A stretch of 63,751 nucleotides of DNA. Origin: Octopus bimaculoides (lineage: Eukaryota). The DNA lies in contig NC_068993.1 in NCBI RefSeq assembly GCF_001194135.2, forward strand, positions 5,956,001 to 6,019,751. Reading direction: 5' to 3'. The translations under genes and the position numbers were made by a program. The notes under the pieces were generated by a model. The model had not been told where the DNA came from and did not search any database. It worked only from the letters and a program-made list of their open reading frames with translations. Positions 54,166 to 63,751 of this stretch are shown one piece after another (position 1 is the first letter of the stretch; each line of letters opens with the position of its first letter).

Positions 54166-55365
54166 TCGAGAACAGATATAATATAAACCAATTTGCAGAT
54201 TTCTATACAATATTCATCCTCTCAATTTCCTTCATAAGACTTGGCTCAATACGTTGAAGTGGCATAAAACACTTACCTACCCATGGCGCTGCATAGCGGG
54301 ATCCAACTTAGATACCCACGATTATCCAGCGATTATTTATTAACTACACAGCCGTGCTTTTTGTAGATCATTACCATTTGAAAATATATTTACACCACTT
54401 AGATAACCTTTTGAATTTTAAAACATCGGTCAAGAATGTGAAAATAAGGTAATATTTCCTTCGTAACGAGGCACCATACCATTGGTTTTATAAATTTGGC
54501 AATGGTACGAAGTCATTTACATGTATCTGCAATGGAATCACCCTCAAGTGTGCAGTTCCTTGGCACTGTACCGACGGTTAAGATATTTGGTAGTAATAAC
54601 AACTACAATAACGATAATCAAAAATGGATTGAAAACTAACCGGAAAATTGTAAAACAATTTAGCTCAATACTTGTCTCATTAATATAAAAAAAAAAAAAT
54701 TCATTAAACATCAAGGCTTGACCTTAAAAAAAAAGTAAATGGCTTGGTTTTGATATTTTATCATCACATAACACGTTTTTAATTGATATTTCTCCACCCT
54801 ATTTTCTGATAGAAGTTTCTTCAAACGAACTAAATTATATAATAATAATTCAATTTAAAATGAACAGTAATTATCTTTAATCTCCTGGCACGATGTCCAA
54901 ACTTAAAATATTTTATTCTCTTCTCAACGTCAGATAACTTCATCCTCAATAATACGTTGTGAAACTAACCAGACGTGTAGTTCGAAAAAAAAAACAATAC
55001 AACGTACAAAACAAAAAACATTGCGACCAATGTTTTCTTATGTTCTTTCTCTTCCACTTTCTCCTCTTCATCATCATAACATCACCACCACCACCACTAC
55101 TGCGGTAACTTCTAATTTCAATTGTATTCCTTGTTTTTCTTTTTTTTAATTCTATATTCTAGTTTGTTTTGTTTTTGATTAAAGAAGAATAAAAGATAAA
55201 GAACTCAAGAACTGTCTTTTTTGTAAGAGGAATGTTGAGAAAAACCCAAGAATCAAACAATGGACTTTACAATGAATCTAAGATGCGTGTAAACGGCATG
55301 ATATCCATGTGTGGCAGACATGATATATATATATATATATACACAAAAAAATATATGTATATGTA

Positions 55366-55398
<33 letters not shown>

Positions 55399-55869
55399 NN
55401 NNNNNNNNNNNNNNNNNNNNNNNNNNNNNNNNNNNNNNNNNNNNNNNNNNNNNNNNNNNNNNNNNNNATATATACAAAGATACTTTTATGTATATATATG
55501 TATGTACATACATATATAGATAAATATAGGTAGATTTGAAGAAATACAAAAAGAAAAAAAGTAAAAAGACAAACGTCAACAGTAAATAAAAGTGTATGAC
55601 ACCTGCATCAAAACTAGACATCTGTTGAAGAAAACTGTTTAAAATTAAAAGTATTTTCTTTTTTCTTCTATTATTTAACTTTCTTCAAATAACACAGATA
55701 CGCGTTCTATCCAAGTTCAGAATGTTTGCGAACCATTATGAAAAGTCAAAGTTTGGAATTATTTTAATTTTTTCAAAATATAGTTAATTTAATTTTTTTT
55801 TTTTTTTTGTTCCGAAATGACTTTTTGAACATTCGTTCAGTGTTACATTTCATAAAATAAATAAGAAAA

Positions 55870-57201
55870 TTATGTGCCAACTAAATCAACTTGGATTTTA
55901 ATATTTGCTTTATTTTCACCACAAAACACATCCGAGTCCTGCTCAGATTTTTTCTTCGTCTTTCCGATCGATTCCGATCGAAATTTTAGCCATTTTTTTA
56001 TTAAACCGTTCTTTGATTCTGTTGGAACTGTTATGGCCATTCCATTAACAGGAATTTTTGTTTTGGATTCTGAAACATTAGTACTTGTTTGAACTCTACT
56101 TGCATGAGCATGTGGCACTTCTAAGAACCGAGTGCTTTTAACTACGGACACTGCTTCCTCTTTTTGATGTTTCTCATTTGGAGTGTTTTGAATTTGTGCT
56201 AATGAAGGAAGAGATAATAGAGAAGGCATTCTTTTTTCGTTTACATTCACCTTTTCCGACGTTGGATCACTACTGGAGGAACCAGCCCTCCTCCGCTGCC
56301 ATATTCTAGGTGGAATATTTTGAACTTTTTGTAAGGGACATCGGTTTTTAATATGAGTAGGACGTTTCCTTCTCTGCTGAAAAAGTCGCCGTACGGCCAA
56401 TCGGAAACGCTTACTAACGATTGCGTAAAGGAATGGATTACAGACGCTGGACAACAGACACATCCAAGTTCCAAAGACCTCCAGATGTGATATTGAGCTA
56501 CTGTTTTGGTCAGTCATTTTCACGTAAACGTAGGTGAAATAGAAAACGACGTAAGCCAAAATAGCACCCAACAATCGGATGCCTGTTCTGATGTCCCTCC
56601 GAATTCCTGGCACAGTTAGATTTATTGGGGAATAACTGTCAAGGTCACTAAAGGTGTCTTGTTCGATGTCGCTAGTGAAGGCTCCGTGAAGTTGATCTAT
56701 GCCTTCGTATTCCATGTTGGTGGCAGTGGGAAAGCTGATCATTGACAACCGGCGAAGAGGATGCGCAATGGCAGTGGCAACCGGCCCTGTCATGTCTATA
56801 TCGGAAAATTTTCTCGCCTGCGATTGCACGGCTGTTATGCGTGTTGCATGACAGCGTGCAACCTTGATTATTGTGATATAACAAAAAAGCATGAGAAAGA
56901 GAGGGATGAAGAAGTTCAAAATGCACATGAGAACAGTGTAGACTAAATTGGACCAAACAGCAACGCAGAGGAAATTCTGTACACAATAACTGCCGACACC
57001 GAATAGCGGCATGAATGCTGAGCCTGTCGCCTGCAACCAGATCCAAGCCGTGAGACTGCCAACATATTTGTATGCTGACCAGGAAGAATATTCTAGACAG
57101 TGAATGATGGCTGAATAACGGTCAAGTGCTATGGCCACGATAGAGAGTATGGATGCGATTGAAAACAGGTTGAAGAGAAATCCGAACAGTTTGCATATTG
57201 T
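55870..57201 (-). CDS. Terminal coding exon (TM3 to C-terminus, 443 aa) of a class A rhodopsin-like orphan GPCR, GPR161/GPR101-like
   Basis: Long clean ORF with C3.25 (TICK), DRY, W4.50, an ECL2 Cys (FLCVAVW), P5.50/Y5.58 (FFIPLFLMLFCY), NPxxY (CNPFLY) and helix 8 (SKRFRLAVRRLF). A polypyrimidine tract plus CAG acceptor (tttttctgtttttctatttcag) ends at 57202, giving a phase-0 exon start at 57201; TAA stop at 55870-55872. TM7 LEVFGTWMCLLSSVCNPFLYA resembles the GPR161 TM7 as I recall it. The first 21 aa of the tracked ORF are intronic. Confidence 0.93.
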   Translation of the reverse strand, partial: TICKLFGFLFNLFSIASILSIVAIALDRYSAIIHCLEYSSWSAYKYVGSLTAWIWLQATGSAFMPLFGVGSYCVQNFLCVAVWSNLVYTVLMCILNFFIPLFLMLFCYITIIKVARCHATRITAVQSQARKFSDIDMTGPVATAIAHPLRRLSMISFPTATNMEYEGIDQLHGAFTSDIEQDTFSDLDSYSPINLTVPGIRRDIRTGIRLLGAILAYVVFYFTYVYVKMTDQNSSSISHLEVFGTWMCLLSSVCNPFLYAIVSKRFRLAVRRLFQQRRKRPTHIKNRCPLQKVQNIPPRIWQRRRAGSSSSDPTSEKVNVNEKRMPSLLSLPSLAQIQNTPNEKHQKEEAVSVVKSTRFLEVPHAHASRVQTSTNVSESKTKIPVNGMAITVPTESKNGLIKKWLKFRSESIGKTKKKSEQDSDVFCGENKANIKIQVDLVGT

Positions 57202-57409
57202 CTGAAATAGAAAAACAGAAAAAGAAAAATTTAATAAATAATGAAGATTAGGATTATGCAACATGAAAATAAAGATTATATTTACGCCTCAGATTAAAAG
57301 AACAAACTCATGAAGAATCATACACTCAGAGACAAATGCATATATTATATATAATTCGTGGCATCGTGCCAAGGAAACACATTATTGTTATAATATATAT
57401 ATATATATC

Positions 57410-57770
57410 TTTACTTCTGAGTTCAAATTCCGCCGGCGCAAACTTTGCCTTTCATCCTTTCGGGTCGATAAATTAAGTACCAGTTGCATACTGGTGTCGA
57501 GGTAATCGACTGACTCCCTCCCCCCAAATTTCGGGCCTTGTGCCTAGAGTAGAAAAAAATGGTTAGCACACCGGACAAAAGGCTTTGCAGTATTCCGTCC
57601 GTCTCCACGTTCTGAATTCAAATTCCGCAGACGCTAACTTTGCCCTTCATCCTTTCTAGGTTGATAAAATAAGTACCAGTTGTGTACTGGGGGTCGATGT
57701 AATCGACTTACACCTCCTCCAAAAATTGCTGGCGCCGAGCCAAAGTTTGAAACCGTTTCAAACCATTATT
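57410..57770 (+). mobile_element. Two tandem SINE family A copies in the GPCR intron (antisense to the gene)
   Basis: 57410-57557 (headless) directly followed by 57558-57770; both have the body and tail. Confidence 0.85.
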
Positions 57771-58591
57771 GTAATATAAACAATGAGATAAGTGAATCGT
57801 TTGGTAACTGTGGACCAAAATAAACGTTATTAGCGATTTTTTTTTCTTTTGCAGACAAAGTGAACGAGGGAAAATATGAGAAACTAAATAAAACAGAAAG
57901 TTCCTGATGTATAATGATGATAGCATTAGAACATTCGAGAATACACAGAAAATTCAATTACTTGATAAGAACGAAATGACTATTTGTGCACATGCATTTT
58001 CCATGGTTGTTTGTTTGTTAGTATGTGTGTGTGTGGGGGAGGGAAATTCTGCTTGCGTGGACATATGTGTGTGTGAATATGTGGGTCTCAATATGCATAC
58101 ATATATCTCATATATCTCACCATATATATATATATATATATATATANNNNNNNNNNNNNNNNNNNNNNNNNNNNNNNNNNNNNNNNNNNNNNNNNNNNNN
58201 NNNNNNNNNNNNNNNNNNNNNNNNNNNNNNNNNNNNNNNNNNNNNNNNNNNNNNNNNNNATATGTATGTATACATACATACATATACACATGCATATGGA
58301 TATAAATATGCGCACATAAATATACATAACTATACATACATACATGGGTGACTATATATATACACACAGACATACATATATATAGACGCGTGGATATACT
58401 GTACACGAAAGCGAGCGTTTAATTAAAGTGACATCTGAGTTAAAATATGTTATAAATAAACGCCCAATCTATTCCGTCTATAAACACTGGCAACAAGAAT
58501 ATATACATATGTTTGTGTTTGTTAGTGTGTGTGTGTATGTATCTATATCTATATGTATATATGTATATGCATGTATGCTTATATGCTTGTA

Positions 58592-58675
<84 letters not shown>

Positions 58676-59653
58676 TATATATATATGTATGCAATTAAAT
58701 TAAATTTCTTTCAACACACGTATCCACATCAAAAATCTTGCACACGAAATACACATACGAAATATATATGTATGTATGTATGTATATCTGTAGGGTGAGT
58801 GAGCCTACACTTGTAATAACATCTCTATGTACGAATTAGATATTTGCACTTATTGATCCATAGGTATTTGGTGTTAAATGACTATAGCTATTTTAACAAC
58901 TGTTAATTTAACAAATTTTTATCGTTCTCCTCGACTACCGCCACGTACACATCTACACATATACATCTACATATATATTATGTACAGAGTATCTTACTTG
59001 AGGCAAACTACATTATGTTTCATGTCGGGAGAAAGATATCTCGTATTTGTGCTTAAAACTAGAAATAATATACTATTTATATTTTTCGTCTTGTATCTTG
59101 TAGTAAGCTGTTATTTCCCGTGCCAATCCATCCACATGCATGTTGGAAGGGTTTACAATATAATTATTTTCTAGACATTTCGCGCACCAATTAACATTAA
59201 TCAATTGTTGCCCTGGGGTCGCTCTTTTGGAGCGTGCATGCTGTTTCCTTTCATGCTGAGTGGATATATTTATTTATGTAATGCATACATTGTCATTCGC
59301 TCTTTCATCTCTTCCGATTTTTCTAATTCTCTCTTCCCCACCTTCTCTCTCCTGTCTGTATCATCTCACTCTCAAGCTTGTCTTCATATTCCCCTATCTG
59401 TCTCTCTCTCTGTTCTCCCTAATATATGTATCCTCTCATATTCTCTCTACTCTTCCTATTTCTCACATTCTCTTATACCCCCTCTCTCTCTCTCTCTCTG
59501 TATTATTCTGCTTATTTGCATACTTCCCCACCTGTTACGTGAACTAACATTATACATCCCTCTTTCTTCCTCTCTCCTTCCCTCTCTGTATCAATCTCTT
59601 TATCTCATTCCAATTTGATTCATTTCGTACCTTTTCCTGTCGCCTAACACACG

Positions 59654-59685
<32 letters not shown>

Positions 59686-60730
59686 CACACACACACACAC
59701 TCGCACACTCACGCACACAGACACAAACACATATATCTGTATATTCACATATATGTGTGTGTTTATATATATGTATATATATATANNNNNNNNNNNNNNN
59801 NNNNNNNNNNNNNNNNNNNNNNNNNNNNNNNNNNNNNNNNNNNNNNNNNNNNNNNNNNNNNNNNNNNNNNNNNNNNNNNNNNNNNNNNNNNNNNNNNNNN
59901 NNNNNNNNNNNNNNNNNNNNNNNNNNNNNNNNNNNNNNNNNNNNNNNNNNNNNNNNNNNNNNNNNNNNNNNNNNNNNNNNNNNNNNNNNNNNNNNNNNNN
60001 NNNNNNNNNNNNNNNNNNNNNNNNNNNNNNNNNNNNNNNNNNNNNNNNNNNNNNNNNNNNNNNNNNNNNNNNNNNNNNNNNNNNNNNNNNNNNNNNNNNN
60101 NNNNNNNNNNNNNNNNNNNNNNNNNNNNNNNNNNNNNNNNNNNNNNNNNNNNNNNNNNNNNNNNNNNNNNNNNNNNNNNNNNNNNNNNNNNNNNNNNNNN
60201 NNNNNNNNNNNNNNNNNNNNNNNNNNNNNNNNNNNNNNNNNNNNNNNNNNNNNNNNNNNNNNNNNNNNNNNNNNNNNNNNNNNNNNNNNNNNNNNNNNNN
60301 NNNNNNNNNNNNNNNNNNNNNNNNNNNNNNNNNNNNNNNNNNNNNNNNNNNNNNNNNNNNNNNNNNNNNNNNNNNNNNNNNNNNNNNNNNNNNNNNNNNN
60401 NNNNNNNNNNNNNNNNNNNNNNNNNNNNNNNNNNNNNNNNNNNNNNNNNNNNNNNNNNNNNNNNNNNNNNNNNNNNNNNNNNNNNNNNNNNNNNNNNNNN
60501 NNNNNNNNNNNNNNNNNNNNNNNNNNNNNNNNNNNNNATATATATATATATATATATATATATAGATGTGTATATACATACATGCAAACATACATGCATG
60601 CATAATTGCACACATGCATACATACATGCATCCATATATGCACGCATATATACATACATGCATAGATACGTACATACATGCATACATGCAAACATACATA
60701 CTTATATATAGGTGTATATATACATACATG

Positions 60731-60774
<44 letters not shown>

Positions 60775-60785
60775 NNNNNNNNNNN

Positions 60786-60841
<56 letters not shown>

Positions 60842-61845
60842 TATATATACATACATATATGCATACAACGTGCATACATACATATGCAACATCTATACAT
60901 GTGTATATACACATATTTTTATACATTTGCGTATACATATATGCATATACATACACATACGTACAATTTACATGCAAGTGAACATTCATATATATTATAT
61001 ATATTTATGTATAATACACACACACACACACGTACACACNNNNNNNNNNNNNNNNNNNNNNNNNNNNNNNNNNNNNNNNNNNNNNNNNNNNNNNNNNNNN
61101 NNNNNNNNNNNNNNNNNNNNNNNNNNNNNNNNNNNNNNNNNNNNNNNNNNNNNNNNNNNNNNNNNNNNNNNNNNNNNNNNNNNNNNNNNNNNNNNNNNNN
61201 NNNNNNNNNNNNNNNNNNNNNNNNNNNNNNNNNNNNNNNNNNNNNNNNNNNNNNNNNNNNNNNNNNNNNNNNNNNNNNNNNNNNNNNNNNNNNNNNNNNN
61301 NNNNNNNNNNNNNNNNNNNNNNNNNNNNNNNNNNNNNNNNNNNNNNNNNNNNNNNNNNNNNNNNNNNNNNNNNNNNNNNNGAGAGAGAGAGAGAGAAAGA
61401 AAAAAGAGGGAGCGAGAGAGTATATACATATCTGTTTGCCTGTCTGTGTTATGTCTGTATACATGTGTTATATATATATATATATATATATACATACATA
61501 CACGCACATCTAACAAAGTGCCACGAAAAATAACACCAGTAATAATAATGATGATGATGATGATAATGGCGCTGGTGGTTGTGGTGATGATAATAATAGT
61601 AAAACGGAATGAAGTGAAATTGGGAGAAGTGTAAAAAAAAAAAAAAGGGACAAAATTACATATGAAATAAAATATATTAAAAATAATAAAAATAATAAAA
61701 ATAAAATATATTAGAAAATTATTAACTACAACCATTAAAAAAAAATGAAAAAGCCATCAAGATATGGAATGAATATTCAAATGTTTTATTTTATTTTATT
61801 TTATATCGTTTTATTTTAGCTGTTTATTGCCGCGAATATGGATTT

Positions 61846-61864
61846 AACGACAGAGGGCGCTGCA
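61846..61864 (+). promoter_or_regulatory. CTCF-like motif upstream of or within an intron of the GPCR gene
   Basis: AACGACAGAGGGCGCTGCA matches the CCNNCAG(A/G)GGGCGCT consensus in a very AT-rich context; motif match only. Confidence 0.35.
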
Positions 61865-63146
61865 ATAGAATGATGAACCAAAGCTAGAGAAAGGATTGAA
61901 TTTAATGGAAACTTTTGGTTGTTTTCATAATTTTTTTATTTATTTAATTTTTTGTTTATTTATTTCTTCTGAATAAAACAGAACGCATGCGTATGTGAGT
62001 GACAGATGTTTTGTATGGATTCGTTTACTACGGCTATGCAGGAGCACCGCTTTGGACGTTTTTATCTATATATTTTAGCCGAACTAATGGATTGCAGCGC
62101 TTATTTTATGTGAGTTGCCTTTTGCCGAAACGCTAGGTGACGGGGATAGAAATAAAGTACAACTGGTTGTCAACTAAAGCGGAAACAGACACCAAACATA
62201 TATACAAACACAGATTTTTAAATACACACACGCACACACACACATACAACCATACACGGTCCTAGGCTATAGTAGAAGACATTTGCTCAAGGTGCCACGC
62301 AGTGGGACTGAACCTAGAACCATGTAGTTGGGAAGCAAGTTTCTTCGCACACAGCCACTCCTGCACCTACACACATACAAATATACACACACACAAATAT
62401 ACACTCACACATTCATATATATATATATATANNNNNNNNNNNNNNNNNNNNNNNNNNNNNNNNNNNNNNNNNNNNNNNNNNNNNNNNNNNNNNNNNNNNN
62501 NNNNNNNNNNNNNNNNNNNNNNNNNNNNNNNNNNNNNNNNNNNNNNNNNNNNNNNNNNNNNNNNNNNNNNNNNNNNNNNNNNNNNNNNNNNNNNNNNNNN
62601 NNNNNNNNNNNNNNNNNNNNNNNNNNNNNNNNNNNNNNNNNNNNNNNNNNNNNNNNNNNNNNNNNNNNNNNNNNNNNNNNNNNNNNNNNNNNNNNNNNNN
62701 NNNNNNNNNNNNNNNNNNNNNNNNNNNNNNNNNNNNNNNNNNNNNNNNNNNNNNNNNNNNNNNNNNNNNNNNNNNNNNNNNNNNNNNNNNNNNNNNNNNN
62801 NNNNNNNNNNNNNNNNNNNNNNNNNNNNNNNNNNNNNNNNNNNNNNNNNNNNNNNNNNNNNNNNNNNNNNNNNNNNNNNNNNNNNNNNNNNNNNNNNNNN
62901 NNNNNNNNNNNNNNNNGTCCCTTTTATGATTATCCCTCTTGTTTTCGCTGTTGTTGTTGTAGAGCTTTTGTTTTCATTTCAAATATTTTTCCTAGATTGT
63001 TGTTTATTTGATTTACGTTGCTGTCGTTGTTGTTGTTTTTGTAGTTGTTCACAGGCCATACATTATGTTTTCCTGATTTAATTGCAAGCTAGCAGGGAGA
63101 AGGACTCTCTGCGCATGTGTTTGTATTGTGTGATCATATACATACA

Positions 63147-63182
<36 letters not shown>

Positions 63183-63203
63183 TATACATACATGTACATA
63201 TAC

Positions 63204-63286
<83 letters not shown>

Positions 63287-63480
63287 TATATATACGTATA
63301 TGCGTATATATATATATATATATATATACATATATATATACGTATATGTATATATATATCTATACGTATACATATACATATAGGTATATGTATATGTATA
63401 TATATACATATATACATATATAGACATACACATATATACATATACACATATACCCATATATATATATATATATATATACA

Positions 63481-63534
<54 letters not shown>

Positions 63535-63714
63535 TATATATGTGTGTGTGTGTGTGACTTTGTGTATATTTGTGTGTGTAGGTAGGTATGCAAGCTAAAA
63601 GTACATTCATATATTTCATACGTACATACCCATACATGCGTGGTGTAACTTCGTATGTTCCTCTCCCTTTCTCGCTCTCATCTCTTTACACTGTACGCAT
63701 AGAAACATACACCC

Positions 63715-63751
<37 letters not shown>

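Noticed and set aside
55870-57201. Calling the GPCR an opsin or a biogenic-amine receptor
   Set aside because: No Lys at 7.43 and no Asp at 3.32.

Overview
This is eukaryotic genomic DNA from a gapped draft assembly, with about 10 kb of N in about 30 gaps. It is AT-rich and dominated by microsatellites, SINEs and decayed transposons. The repeat families and 10-N junctions look like an octopus (cephalopod) short-read assembly; this is from recall and not verified. One protein-coding gene is well supported: the large terminal exon (55870-57201, minus strand) of a class A GPCR resembling GPR161/GPR101-type orphan receptors. It covers TM3 to the C-terminus; the TM1-TM2 exons are not in the visible sequence. 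A second, unidentified minus-strand gene is suggested by a 152-bp exon-like island at 19878-20029. Mobile DNA includes several tRNA-derived SINE families, fragments of CR1-, Tx1-, Penelope- and probably R4-type retroelements, a pogo/Tigger remnant, mariner and Tc1-like elements, a Helentron-type non-autonomous element and a possible Polinton-like fragment. The most interesting non-coding signal is eight dispersed minimal hammerhead-ribozyme-like motifs of Penelope type. All carry one extra nucleotide between the CUGANGA core and stem II, and stem I appears to covary between subfamilies, but every copy looks decayed. Almost all ORFs in the supplied track are microsatellite or N-gap artefacts. 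No rRNA, true tRNA or CRISPR array is supported.
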